From Bacteroidota bacterium (GTDB lineage Bacteria; Bacteroidota; Bacteroidia; JADZBD01), in contig JBFLYZ010000008.1 of NCBI GenBank assembly GCA_040756415.1, positions 13,793 to 77,792 of the forward strand: 64,000 bases of DNA, read 5' to 3'. Shown one piece after another: positions 45,170 through 55,900 of this stretch (positions are counted from its first letter, which is position 1; the number at the start of each line of letters is the position of its first letter). The notes below the pieces were generated by a model. That model worked only from the letters and a program-made list of their open reading frames with translations, was not told the DNA's origin and ran no database searches. The position numbers and the translations under genes are program-made.

Positions 45170-45730
45170 ATGACCTACTATTACATCCTTGCGCTGCACA
45201 TCATTTTCATCGTTACCTGGTTTGCGGGCCTGTTCTACATCGTCAGGCTGTTCGTCTACCATACGGAGGCCAACAGCCTGAAAGAGCCTGACCGGGGCAT
45301 CCTGCAGAACCAGTACCGGATCATGATGCGCAGGCTATGGTACGGCATCACCTGGCCCAGCATGATAGCCACCCTGGTGTTCGGCCCCTGGCTGGTGGTG
45401 CTGAACCCTGCTTTGTTGTCGCAGGCCTATTTTATAGTAAAGCTTTGTTTCGTTGGCGGGCTGGTACTCTATCACGTGCAGTGCCACGCTATTTACCTCG
45501 AGCTCCGGAAGAACATCTTCCGCAGATCTTCGTTCGCGCTGCGACTGTGGAACGAAGTGGCGACCGTCTTCCTGGTGGCTATCGTTTTCATCATCGTGCT
45601 GAAGAACAATGAAGGGTTTATCTGGGGATTGCTGGGCCTGATCATTTTTTCGGCTGCCCTATTCGGGGCGGCATACCTGTACAGGCGCTCGCGCGAGAAC
45701 GGGAGAAAGAACAAGGACGGGGATCAGTAG
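45170..45730 (+). CDS. hemJ: Protoporphyrinogen IX oxidase HemJ (CopD/UPF0093 family)
   Basis: N-terminus …ILALHIIFIVTWFAGLFYIVRLFVYH… matches the conserved HemJ opening. 4-5 TM helices. Confidence 0.75.
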   Translation: MTYYYILALHIIFIVTWFAGLFYIVRLFVYHTEANSLKEPDRGILQNQYRIMMRRLWYGITWPSMIATLVFGPWLVVLNPALLSQAYFIVKLCFVGGLVLYHVQCHAIYLELRKNIFRRSSFALRLWNEVATVFLVAIVFIIVLKNNEGFIWGLLGLIIFSAALFGAAYLYRRSRENGRKNKDGDQ

Positions 45731-46764
45731 GCCAGCAGCCAGGCATTGGGGTCGGTACCGGCCTGTATCTTTTCCAGCTCCTTCAGCGCTTCTTCCCTGC
45801 TGTTAAAGGAAGAGTAACAGACGGGCGATAACCTTCCCAGGCCTTTTTCCAGGATGATGCCGGAGTATCCTTTCTGCTTCATGCTGCTGGCAAAACGCAG
45901 CGCGTTGTCGAATACTTCAAAACATCCGCCCACGATGTAAAAAGTGCCTTTGCTCAGCGATTGTACCTGGGATTGAACCGTACTGTTCTTCACCTCCGTG
46001 GCGTCAGGCCGGGCGGTGCTTTCACGAACAACGATAATGCGATCAGGGCTGAGCTGCAGAATGCCCGCCTTTTTTGCAAAGGCCTCAGCAGTGAGCAGCG
46101 GAAGCGTTTCGGCCGCTGGCTTATAAAGAGGGGTCTCTTTGCCGGCAAAAGGGTTGAGCGCGCTGAAATTCACGTTCTTCAGCAGGTCGGTCTTCAGAGG
46201 TATCCAGATGGATACGAAGATCAGCGGTACGAGCACTGCGGCAGCAACGATCCTGCGCACCCGTACACGGCCCGGTACAGGATCCTTCACCGGCCTGATA
46301 ACGCGGTCTTTGAACTCTTTTTCTATGCGTTGGCTTACCCCTTCGCGCTGTATGGCCTGCGAGCGGAAGCTTCCCAGCCCGAACGAATCGGTCAGGTAGT
46401 TCACCGAACTGTCGGGCTCGAACTGTATGTTGCGCTCCACGTCCAGGAACAAGGTGCCTACTTCTTCGATCACGACCTTGCGGCCTTTGTTGAGCTCGCT
46501 GTCGGTGTTGCGAACGAACTGTTTGATATACAGGCTTGCTTCTGCAAAAGTACGCTTCTCGGTCCGGGCAATGTGATTGGCCAGCAGGCCATCGTTGTTC
46601 TTCAGGTTGCCGTTAAAGGTAACCTGCTTAGAGGGTGGCGAAAAAGTGTGCTGCACCGGGTGAACCTTGGCCGGAGAATAATTACATACAAAACCGCCCA
46701 GTTCGGGTACGATCACGCAGTCGTAATCATAGAGCAGGGCGCTGATATGCTTGTCCATTTTCAC
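45724..46764 (-). CDS. HU-like / SPOR-domain protein (peptidoglycan-binding)
   Basis: N-terminal HU-CCDC81-like region. Central TM. C-terminal SPOR-like domain (…GTFYIVGGCFEVFDNALRFASSMKQKGYSGIIL…). Confidence 0.65.
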   Translation of the reverse strand: MKMDKHISALLYDYDCVIVPELGGFVCNYSPAKVHPVQHTFSPPSKQVTFNGNLKNNDGLLANHIARTEKRTFAEASLYIKQFVRNTDSELNKGRKVVIEEVGTLFLDVERNIQFEPDSSVNYLTDSFGLGSFRSQAIQREGVSQRIEKEFKDRVIRPVKDPVPGRVRVRRIVAAAVLVPLIFVSIWIPLKTDLLKNVNFSALNPFAGKETPLYKPAAETLPLLTAEAFAKKAGILQLSPDRIIVVRESTARPDATEVKNSTVQSQVQSLSKGTFYIVGGCFEVFDNALRFASSMKQKGYSGIILEKGLGRLSPVCYSSFNSREEALKELEKIQAGTDPNAWLLAY

Positions 46765-46838
46765 CGGAATAAAATTAGCATTATTTCATTTCAGGCCGGC
46801 AGGATTTTTTGCACAAGCCTGTTCCGGAAAGACAAAAG

Positions 46839-47552
46839 CTATTTTACTTTTTTGAGGTCCTCGGGGCTGTCGATGGAAAAGGTTTCCAGGCTGGTGAGGT
46901 TAATACGGATGGAATACCCGTTCTCCAGCCAGCGCAACTGCTCGAGCGATTCGGCCAGCTCGAGCGGGGTGGGTTTGAGGCGGGTAAGGCGCTGCAGCAC
47001 GTCTGCGCGGTAGGCGTAAATGCCGATATGCTTGTGATAGGTAACGCGCGATGCGGTGCGGTTGAAAGGGATGGGCAAACGGCTGAAATAGATGGCTTTC
47101 CTGTTCTTATCAAAGATCACTTTGATGGTATTGGGGCTGTGCAGCTCCTGCACATCGTCCAGCTTTTTTGCCAAGGTAGCGATCTGCACCTTTTTATCGC
47201 TGAAGCATTCTGCCACCTTGTCGATCTGCCGGGGGTCAATGAAAGGCTCATCGCCTTGTATATTGATGACCACGGCCGGCTTAATTGTTTTGATCTTCCT
47301 GGCCGCCTCGGCACAGCGATCGGTGCCGCAGGGATGCCGGGAGGAGGTCATCATCACTGTTCCGCCAAACGAACGCACGTGGTCGTAAATACGCTGATCG
47401 TCCGTGGCCACGGTTACTTCGTCAAGGCTTTTTGCTTTCATGGCCTGCTCATATACGCGCTGTATCATGGTCTTGCCTTTGATCAGGACGAGCGGCTTAC
47501 CCGGGAAGCGGGTAGAAGCGTAGCGGGCGGGGATGACTCCCAGAATTTTCAT
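46839..47552 (-). CDS. kdsB: 3-deoxy-manno-octulosonate cytidylyltransferase
   Basis: MKILGVIPARYASTRFPGKPL…, …NIQGDEPF…. Confidence 0.9.
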   Translation of the reverse strand: MKILGVIPARYASTRFPGKPLVLIKGKTMIQRVYEQAMKAKSLDEVTVATDDQRIYDHVRSFGGTVMMTSSRHPCGTDRCAEAARKIKTIKPAVVINIQGDEPFIDPRQIDKVAECFSDKKVQIATLAKKLDDVQELHSPNTIKVIFDKNRKAIYFSRLPIPFNRTASRVTYHKHIGIYAYRADVLQRLTRLKPTPLELAESLEQLRWLENGYSIRINLTSLETFSIDSPEDLKKVK

Positions 47553-47585
47553 GAGGCCAAAATTACATTAATCTTCCATAGCCCT

Positions 47586-47625
47586 GCCTGTTCGCGAACA
47601 GGCAGGGCGGGGGCTTTTATCCGCC
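47586..47625 (-). terminator. Stem-loop between kdsB and the phosphatase gene (possible terminator)
   Basis: Perfect CCCTGCCTGTTCG/CGAACAGGCAGGG hairpin. The flanking T-run is weak. Confidence 0.45.
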
Positions 47626-47697
47626 CGAAAGATCATAAAACCGCTGGGCATAGGGATGGCCGAATTAGACTTGAAGAATGCATATCATAGCGAATGT

Positions 47698-49851
47698 TCA
47701 GAATCGCGCCCCCATCACGCATACGTCATCGATCTGTTCCAGCCTGCCTTTCCAGCTTTCGAATGTTGCTTCCAGGCTCTGCTTTTGCTCGCGAAGCGGC
47801 AGAGCGGCAATGGAAGCCAGGCTTTCGCGGAGCCGCCTGCTCTTGAACTTTTTACCGTCCTCTCCACCGAATTGATCGGCATAACCGTCAGAAAAGACAT
47901 ATACGCAATCGCCAGGCTTGAGCTGCACCTCGCGGTGCGAGAAGAGCTTCAGCTCTCCTTCCGTGAAATGGCCAACAGGCTGCTTATCGCCTTGTATTTC
48001 CAGCACTTCCCTGCTTTCTTTCCCAACGATCCAGACGGGATTATAAGCTCCGGCAAACTCCAGCAGCAGGGTTTTCCTGTCAATAGCGCACAGGGCGATG
48101 TCCATGCCGTCACGAACTTTCGCGTCAGGGCGCTGTTTCAGTATACGGGAGAGTTTCTTGTTCATGGCATTCAGGATCAGTGCGGGCCGGTCTATGCCCT
48201 GCTCCAGAAGGGCTTCGTTCAGCAGGTTATGGGCCACTATGCTCATGAATGCGCCCGGCACCCCGTGGCCGGTACAATCTACAGCAGCGAAAAAAACCTT
48301 ATTGCCCCATTGCTCCACCCAATACAGGTCACCGCTTACAATGTCTTTTGGCTTATACAACACAAAACAATCGGGCAGCAGGGCGCGTATGCTCTCTTCC
48401 GAAGGCAGGATGGCGTCCTGGATTCGTTTGGCGTAGCGAATGCTGTCAGTGATATCCTTGTTCTTTTCATCTACGATCAGTTTTTGTTTTTCAATGATGG
48501 CCTTCTGGCGTTGCGTAATGCGGAATCGCTTGAAAAGCAGAAAAGAGAAGCCCGACAGCAGGCATAATCCCCCAATGACCGAATAGATGACCAGTTTTTG
48601 TTTTTCTGATTCGGCCCGATGGGCCAGGTCTTTTTTTTCCTGCGCAGCTCTTGCCTCGGCCTCTTTCATTTCGTATTCATGCCTGATCTGCTGCCTGATT
48701 GCCGATTTGCGGCTCTGTTCATTGCTCATGCTGTCGCGCATCAGTATATACAGATCGTACATTTCTAGGGCCTGTTTGTGTTTTCCCCATCCAGTATAGA
48801 TGTTCTTAAGCGTTTCGGCCGCATTCCGTATCCACTCGGGGTTCTTCACCTCGCGCGCCACCTTCAGGCCTTTCAGGCTGTAGCTTTCGCCAAGTGCATA
48901 ACGGCCCAATTTCCCGTAACAACTGCCGATGTTGTTCAGCATAATGGCGATAAAGCTCTTTTCCCTGACCGCCTCGGCCAGCTCATACGCTTTCCTGTAA
49001 TATTCGAGCGCCTTCTCCACCGAATCCTGGAGGCTATACACATTACCCATGTTGTTCCATACCTGCGCGATGCCCCGCTTGTTGCCCGTTTCCTCGTGCA
49101 GCTTCATGCATTGGGTGTAAAGATCGAGCGCATCACTGTATTTTTTTTGCTTTTTATAAATAGTCGCAATGTTGTTCAGCGCGGTAGCCATGTTTCTTTT
49201 GTTCTTCTGTCGTGCGCTGATCTCCAGGTGCTGGCGATAATTCATGAGGGCCTGGTCCAGTTCGCCATTGTTTTCGAGGATGATACCGATGTTGTTGAGC
49301 GTATTGGCGATGCCGGCCGAGTCGTTCAACTGACGCTTTATCTCCAGGCTCTTTTCGTAATGGTTCAGCGCCTCGGTCACGTTTCCCAGCAGCTTATAGG
49401 CGTATCCCATATTGTTAAAGGTGCGGGCCACCTGCTTCAGGTCATTTATGGCCATGCTCAGTTCGAGGCTTTGTTTGTACAAAGGGATGCTGTTCTTGCT
49501 GTCGCCTTTATAGTCAAGCATGGCACCCAGGTTGTTGAGCGCCTGCGCTCTTTCGCGGAAGCAGAATGTTTTCAGCGCGCCTGTAGCCCCGGCAAGGTAC
49601 TTATCCGTGAGCTGCACCACCAGCGAACACAACTGTAATGCGCTGTCGACCTCAGAACTGTAAATTTCCTCGCACAGGTCGTTGTAGGCTTTGATCAGCA
49701 CGGTATCGTGTCCTGCGTCAGCAATGACCCCGGCCAGCGAATCGGCCTTTGTCCCGGCCCATAACCACCAGGAAGAGCAGAGCAGAAGAATCGGGATGAG
49801 TGCAATGGGCCTGTTCACGGCCCAAATATAGTCAGGCCGGCAAATAAACAA
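47698..49851 (-). CDS. TPR-repeat / SpoIIE (PP2C-family) serine phosphatase, RsbU-like architecture
   Basis: N-terminal signal/TM. About 9 TPR repeats. TM. Coiled coil. PP2C/SpoIIE domain (…VSGDLYWVEQ…FFAAVDCTGHGVPGAFMS…). Confidence 0.8.
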   Translation of the reverse strand: MFICRPDYIWAVNRPIALIPILLLCSSWWLWAGTKADSLAGVIADAGHDTVLIKAYNDLCEEIYSSEVDSALQLCSLVVQLTDKYLAGATGALKTFCFRERAQALNNLGAMLDYKGDSKNSIPLYKQSLELSMAINDLKQVARTFNNMGYAYKLLGNVTEALNHYEKSLEIKRQLNDSAGIANTLNNIGIILENNGELDQALMNYRQHLEISARQKNKRNMATALNNIATIYKKQKKYSDALDLYTQCMKLHEETGNKRGIAQVWNNMGNVYSLQDSVEKALEYYRKAYELAEAVREKSFIAIMLNNIGSCYGKLGRYALGESYSLKGLKVAREVKNPEWIRNAAETLKNIYTGWGKHKQALEMYDLYILMRDSMSNEQSRKSAIRQQIRHEYEMKEAEARAAQEKKDLAHRAESEKQKLVIYSVIGGLCLLSGFSFLLFKRFRITQRQKAIIEKQKLIVDEKNKDITDSIRYAKRIQDAILPSEESIRALLPDCFVLYKPKDIVSGDLYWVEQWGNKVFFAAVDCTGHGVPGAFMSIVAHNLLNEALLEQGIDRPALILNAMNKKLSRILKQRPDAKVRDGMDIALCAIDRKTLLLEFAGAYNPVWIVGKESREVLEIQGDKQPVGHFTEGELKLFSHREVQLKPGDCVYVFSDGYADQFGGEDGKKFKSRRLRESLASIAALPLREQKQSLEATFESWKGRLEQIDDVCVMGARF

Positions 49852-49866
49852 GAAGGTCAGTGGTTT

Positions 49867-51192
49867 TTAGTCGAGCTTAAGAAACCGTGCCGGGACGCAC
49901 TTGCCCTCTGCATCGTAAACGCGCAGAAGGTAATACCCTTCAGCCAGCGGGCCGATATCGGCTTGCGTGTCTGGAGTACGGAGCAGTATCTTGCCGGTGA
50001 GGTCGGCAATCTCGATGCGGGCAATGCCGAAATCTGCCCTTACGGTCAGTTGATCGCTGGCCGGCACCGGATATATGCTGATCGTTCCGGGCGCACCGTA
50101 CAGCTCATTCGTGCCGGCCATGCTTGTAAATCCATAAAAGGTCTTCATGTACGAGTTCGAAAAATTATTCTGGTTCCTGAAGCCTACCACGGCATTGGCG
50201 TTATTGGGCACGGTATCGGTATAGAAATAAAAGTGAAAGACCTGCGTATCCAATGGCGCTATGGCGATAGTCACCGTATCGGTAGAGGTGCTGTAGCATA
50301 CGCTGGCGCACATGGAGCTGGCCCATCCGGGCGCCATGTTGTTCTGCAGGCGGCCCAGCTTAACGAGCACCGTGCCGGTAGCGCTGGTGTTGATGAGCTC
50401 CGCATCCACGGCAAGGGTGGCCCCGGGCTGACCGAACGCGGTATCCGAGGAGGTCATATTCAGGATGAACGAGCCATTGTAGTTGGGCGGATTGCAGTTG
50501 CCCGGAAGGCCGAGCAGCGAATCGATATCGCAGATGATGTTATCGGGGTAGCTGTCGTACCATCCGTGCTTGGAGAAGACGATGCCGCTGGTGTCGATCA
50601 GGTAGGCGTTGTTGGGCGCTGGCCCGTAATACAGCCACCAGTTGTTGCAGGGGCCATCTATGTAAACCGGGGCCTGCAGCGCGGTGTTGTTTTGCAGGTC
50701 GTTCACCACCTGCTTGCGCTGGCCGTAGGTGGCGGGCTGCTGGTACAGGATGCCGGCCGATTGGTTCGCTGACGTAATATTTACATAACCGAAATAGGGG
50801 CTGGTGTCGGTAGGGTGCGCTTCAACACAATAGATCACGGCTACCGTTACCTGCGATCCGTACGTATTAATCACATTATTGATCGAGCTGATCTTATTGC
50901 GGAACACGGGGCAGGTATAGCTTCCAGATACAAGCAATACCGGCTTGCCCTGCGACAGGGCATTGCCCAGGTTGAAGGCGTTCCCGCTATAGTCGTAGAG
51001 CGTAAAATCGGCAGCGGTATCGCCCGGCTGCAACCCGCTGCTGTAAAAGCTGCCCAGGTACCATGGAATGGGGCAGATGGAGGTGGAGTCGGCCGGCAGG
51101 CTGCCTATGCCTATGCTGGGCAGGAGGACCTGCGCGGTAAGGGGGAAAGGGGCGGTAGCCAGAAAAAAAAGCGGCAGTAGAATCCTGTTCAT
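49867..51192 (-). CDS. T9SS-secreted protein with putative thioredoxin-like N-domain
   Basis: Signal peptide. GKPVLLVSGSYTCPVF… resembles a thioredoxin-fold beta-strand plus Cys. C-terminal T9SS CTD (…ISIYPVPASDQLTVR…GYYLLRVYDAEGK…). Confidence 0.65.
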   Translation of the reverse strand: MNRILLPLFFLATAPFPLTAQVLLPSIGIGSLPADSTSICPIPWYLGSFYSSGLQPGDTAADFTLYDYSGNAFNLGNALSQGKPVLLVSGSYTCPVFRNKISSINNVINTYGSQVTVAVIYCVEAHPTDTSPYFGYVNITSANQSAGILYQQPATYGQRKQVVNDLQNNTALQAPVYIDGPCNNWWLYYGPAPNNAYLIDTSGIVFSKHGWYDSYPDNIICDIDSLLGLPGNCNPPNYNGSFILNMTSSDTAFGQPGATLAVDAELINTSATGTVLVKLGRLQNNMAPGWASSMCASVCYSTSTDTVTIAIAPLDTQVFHFYFYTDTVPNNANAVVGFRNQNNFSNSYMKTFYGFTSMAGTNELYGAPGTISIYPVPASDQLTVRADFGIARIEIADLTGKILLRTPDTQADIGPLAEGYYLLRVYDAEGKCVPARFLKLD

Positions 51193-51255
51193 GGTTGTGC
51201 GATATGGTGTTTGACCGAATAAAAGCCTCAGCGTTTAACGAAGTTACGAAATTGA

Positions 51256-52704
51256 TCACGATCCGGCAGCAGAAGCCTTGAGCTCAGCGATCTTCTCCTG
51301 CAGCCATTCCTTATGAATGGCGGTGGATGGGGCAAGGCTTTCTTCCAGCTTTCGCAGCTCAATGACATCGGGCCTGATGCGTATCGCGAGCAGTTTCTTT
51401 ACGCCATTCAGGAATGCCTTTTGGGCCCGCCTGGCCTCGGCCGAAACGGTATCGGTGTTCTTCAGCGCACGGCCGTAGGCATCCATCAGGTGATAGATGG
51501 CCTCATCCTCACCGGTTTCGTAAAACACCTTCAGCGTCCAGGCCTTGATATTCAGCTCCCTGGTCTGCGAGCCGTTGTGCGACTTGCTGAGATGGCGCAG
51601 CGCATCGCGGTAGTTCTTTTGCTCAAAGCAGAGCTGGGCGGTGCAGTAGCTTAACGTGCTTTCCCTCAGGTGAGGCTGAAGGTAGACCTGGTACCTGCTC
51701 ATGAAGCCGTCTATCCAATGGGTCTGCCCGCAAAGGATGCTGTGCACGACAACGTTGGTAAAGAAAATATGGGATATCACACCGTTCTGAAGGTAAATAT
51801 CGCGATGGAGCAGGGTGCGGTAAATATCGAGCGCATGAGCGGCAAAGGAGCGGTCACCGCTCGAGATCCGGTCCGAGCAATAATTGCTCATCACGATCAG
51901 GAACCCTTTCTGCTCCTCGGGGGCAATGCCGCTGAAGTTCTTATCGCAGAGGATGGTCTTAAGCCGGAAAAAGTACTCTTTTCCTTTTGTCATCATCATC
52001 TTGAGCGAAAGAAAATAAAGGTCGATGGGGATTGCCGGCCCGAGCAGTTTTTCCTTGAGGGCAACCAGGGTGGATTCGGCCTTCTCAAAATCGGTACGCT
52101 GGTTGAACTTCTGGGCCGTGTTCTCCCAGGATGCGTAGGCCGCCAGTACCTCGTACAGGTAAAAAGCGGTGAGAGACCGGATGATGTCCGAGCTGCGGTA
52201 ATGCCGTATCAACTGCTTGTCGTCACCAAAGTATTTATGGGTCAGGAAGCTGATCTCGCTCCGGTCCTGTACGAACTTTTCGTAGTGATAATTATCGCTG
52301 AAGGAGGTTGCTTCCAGGAGCCGCTTAGCCTCTTTCAGGCGCATGCTGTAAAGGCGGTGAAGCCCCCTTTTGTCCAGCTCGTCCAGCAGCCTGTTCTTTT
52401 TGAAAAGCTCTTTAGGTTCCAGCGAGGCCATCACCAGGTATTCCTCGGCCAGCGAAAGGGTCATGGAGGTAAGATCGCGTATGCGCTGTCCGTTGTAGGA
52501 TCGGCCCGGGAACAGGGCCGCAAATACTTTTTGCGGCTCCAGGCCGGCATGTTGGTATTTGGGATGGTACTTTTTCAGGTAAGCGGCAAATCTGCGCACG
52601 TTCAGGTTCTTGTTAAAGTAGGGCGAGTTCACCAGCTCGCAGAACCTGCGTATATCCCTGGCGGAAAAGGTCTTCAGGACCTGTACGAGCTTAGAAGATT
52701 GCAT
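51256..52704 (-). CDS. Hypothetical cytoplasmic alpha-helical protein (482 aa)
   Basis: No signal peptide, no recognisable catalytic motif, helical composition. Divergently oriented from the giant adhesin gene. Confidence 0.5.
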   Translation of the reverse strand: MQSSKLVQVLKTFSARDIRRFCELVNSPYFNKNLNVRRFAAYLKKYHPKYQHAGLEPQKVFAALFPGRSYNGQRIRDLTSMTLSLAEEYLVMASLEPKELFKKNRLLDELDKRGLHRLYSMRLKEAKRLLEATSFSDNYHYEKFVQDRSEISFLTHKYFGDDKQLIRHYRSSDIIRSLTAFYLYEVLAAYASWENTAQKFNQRTDFEKAESTLVALKEKLLGPAIPIDLYFLSLKMMMTKGKEYFFRLKTILCDKNFSGIAPEEQKGFLIVMSNYCSDRISSGDRSFAAHALDIYRTLLHRDIYLQNGVISHIFFTNVVVHSILCGQTHWIDGFMSRYQVYLQPHLRESTLSYCTAQLCFEQKNYRDALRHLSKSHNGSQTRELNIKAWTLKVFYETGEDEAIYHLMDAYGRALKNTDTVSAEARRAQKAFLNGVKKLLAIRIRPDVIELRKLEESLAPSTAIHKEWLQEKIAELKASAAGS

Positions 52705-52953
52705 TTAAAAAATATCCACAAATAATATTGCTATTGAAAAATATCTGTAAATGTAACTTATACAGTATCGGATTGAAAAGACTTAAAAATCATCCACAAA
52801 TGTAACTTTTTTTCTTTGCCTTTCTGTTGCCTTATACCTTCCTTTACCTGGCTGCCCGGCCGTGCTGAAAAAGTTGATAAAAGCCGGTGCCGCCCTGGTG
52901 ATCTTCACTGTAATTTTTTATAATATTGCGTTTCGTTAATAACCCCCTGTATC
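52705..52953. promoter_or_regulatory. AT-rich divergent intergenic region with direct repeats
   Basis: AAAAAT(C)ATCCACAAAT occurs twice (52707, 52785). AAATGTAACTT occurs twice (52749, 52798). Confidence 0.45.
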
Positions 52954-55900
52954 ATGAACAAACACATTCTCTTTTTTGCCGGCCTGCTTGGTCTTCTTTT
53001 CAGCGTGAACATGAAGGCGCAGACGCCCACCATCGGGGCATCCAATATCCAGTTCACTTCCATCGGCACCACTTCGCTGGGACTTACCTGGACAAGAGGC
53101 AATGGCCAGTATTGCCTGGTCGTGTGCCGGCCCAGTACCAGCGGGGCCGCCCTGCCGTCCAACGGCTCCAACTACGCGGCCAGCTCCACCTTCGGCTCGG
53201 GCAGCAACCTGGGTTCCAGCAATTACGTGGTGTATGAGGGAACAGGGGCCTCCATGACCATTTTCGGGCTGACCTCGTATGTTCAGTATACGGTAACGAT
53301 CTTCGAATTCAATATCGATGGCTTCGGCTTCGAATGGTATAAGACCAATGTCTATCCCTCGGCCAGCCATTATACCCTTGCGGCTTCGCCTACTACGGCC
53401 CCTTCGGGTCTTACGGCATACAGCTTCGGTTCCAACTACGCTTATTTTTCCTGGACACCGGGCAACGGCACCTATTCCATCCTTGGAATGCGCCAATCCA
53501 CCGCCCTGTCAGGTTCGCCCGCTGACGGTACGGATTACGCCTATTCCGGCTGCCACGGTTCCGGGGGATCCTGGGGCACCGCCTCACCGTATACCTACGA
53601 TGTTTATGACGGCACCGGCTCGACCGGCATCTATACCTACTGCCTGAGCCCGCAAACCAACTACGCTGTTTCAGTTTATACCTTCAACGGGCTTTATGGC
53701 GGAAATAATTATTATTCCATTCCGGCCTCGGAGTATTTCACTACGCTCTCCACCGAACCCACTTCTGCCTGCAATTGGCTTTATATTACGGATATTACGG
53801 ATAACGCGTTTACCATCAACTGGATGAAACCATCCGGGTCGGGCTCCAACTCGCTGGTAACCGTAAAGGCCGGCAGCACCAATACCAACCTGCCAAGCGA
53901 CATGAGCGTGTATACCGCCAACAGCGTCTTCGGAAGCGGTTCGCAGATCGGTTCCGGTGCCTATGTGGTCTACAATTCGAGCGGGAACTCAGTGCGTGTA
54001 ACAGGTCTTACCACCGGAACGGTGTATACTGTTGCCGTGTTCGAATGGAACGGCATTGTAGGCACTTTCAACAATACGCATAATTACCTGACCTCTTCTT
54101 ACCAGACCCAAACCACGCAGACCAACGATCCCGAGCCGACCACCATACCTTCAGGTCTTACGCTCACACCTTCGTCCACCTCCGTTACGGCCACCTGGAC
54201 CAACGGCAACGGCAACAAGCGTATTGCGCTGGTCAAGCCCACCCGTGTCAGGACCGCCATGGCATTCGATGGCACGAACGATTATGTTTCGGTTCCGTAC
54301 AATTCCCTTCTGCAACCCCCGAGCTATGTGACGGTAGAGGCTTGGGCCTATAAGAGCAACTGGGCTTCCTCGGTAGGCTGGCAAACCATTGCAGGCAACC
54401 AGGAGGGCACTGGCGGGTATCAGCTTTTCCTCTTTAATAACTATGCTTACGGGTACGCTTATCGCAACGGCTCTTCGGGCGCGGTGTACAACGATATTTC
54501 CTACCTGACCCCCGGCTGGCATCATTTTGCCCTGGTGTTCGATGGCCGGTATACCTACCTGTATGTGGACGGGGCGCGTAAGGATGAATACGATTCGGGA
54601 GCCAACTACTCCATGCAATACGCCTATGCCAACAGTTTCATCATTGGCGCTGATGCGGGTACAGGCACAACGCCTACCGGCAATTATTTCAATGGTTATC
54701 TCGATGAGGTACGCGTGTGGAACACGGCCAGGACCTATTCGGAGATCCGGAGCAATATGTATACCTCCCTTTATGGAAATGAAACGGGCCTGATCGCTGA
54801 ATGGAAAATGGATGAGGGCTATGCAAGCACTTCCACGGTGGCAAACAATTCGATCAATTATACCCTGCTGAACGGCACCATGAACAATATGACGACCACG
54901 GCCGCCAGTTCGTTTACCGGAACGAGCGGGTGGATCCTTTCGGGCTCGGGTGTGAACGAACCGGTGGATTTTACGATGTATGGCGCCAATTCGGTATTCA
55001 TGAACGGGGCGCAAGTGGGCAACCAGTATTATGCCGTTTACAACAGCACGGGCACCTCGGTGACCGTTACCGGCCTGACCCCAGGCACTTATTACAATTT
55101 CGCGCTCTTTGAGTTCAACTCTACGCTGTACAATAATTTCAAGACAGACGATTACCTCACCCAGGATTTCCAGACCATAGCAGCTCCCATACCTACCATT
55201 ACCTCGTTCTCGCCACTCAATGGCGGGCTGGGTACGGTGGTAACCATAACCGGTACCAACTTTGACGGGACCACACCATCCAATAATATTGTTTATTTCG
55301 GCACCGAGCGGGCCACGGTAGTGGCTTCTACGGCTACAACGGTAACGGCTATTGTACCTTATTGTACGAACAATCCACCTATTTCGGTTACGGTGAATTC
55401 CCTCACTGCTTACAGCAACAAGCCCTTTGTTGTCACCTCATCATGCAACTCGGCTATTTCAACAGGCTCGTTCACTGCGGGAACCACTACTGGCGGCAGT
55501 TCGCGGCAGGGAACCGCATCGGCCGATATGGACCTTGACGGCAAGGCCGACCTGCTGTTCACCGACCCCGGTTTCGGAGCGTTCTACATTACCAAGAATA
55601 CGAGCACCAACGGTACGCTCACCTGGGGCACCACCTCCGGGTGGGCGGTCAGCAACCCGTGCGAGATCGAAGTGGCCGACCTGGACGGGGACAACAAGCT
55701 GGACCCAATTATCGTTTCATCGCTCAACGACCGTATAACAACCTACCGCAACATCAGCACCAGCTCGTTCAACATGTCGGGCAAGCTGGATTTCGCCACC
55801 CTTGCAGGCCCCAGTGATATTTCGGTGGCCGATATAGATAAGGACGGCAAGCCGGATATTCTGGTGTCCTATTCATCGGGCACCAGCTTCACGGTATTCC

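Noticed and set aside
46809-48567. + strand ORFs 46809..47690 and 47656..48567
   Set aside because: Antisense to kdsB and the PP2C phosphatase gene, and both of those have clear motifs.
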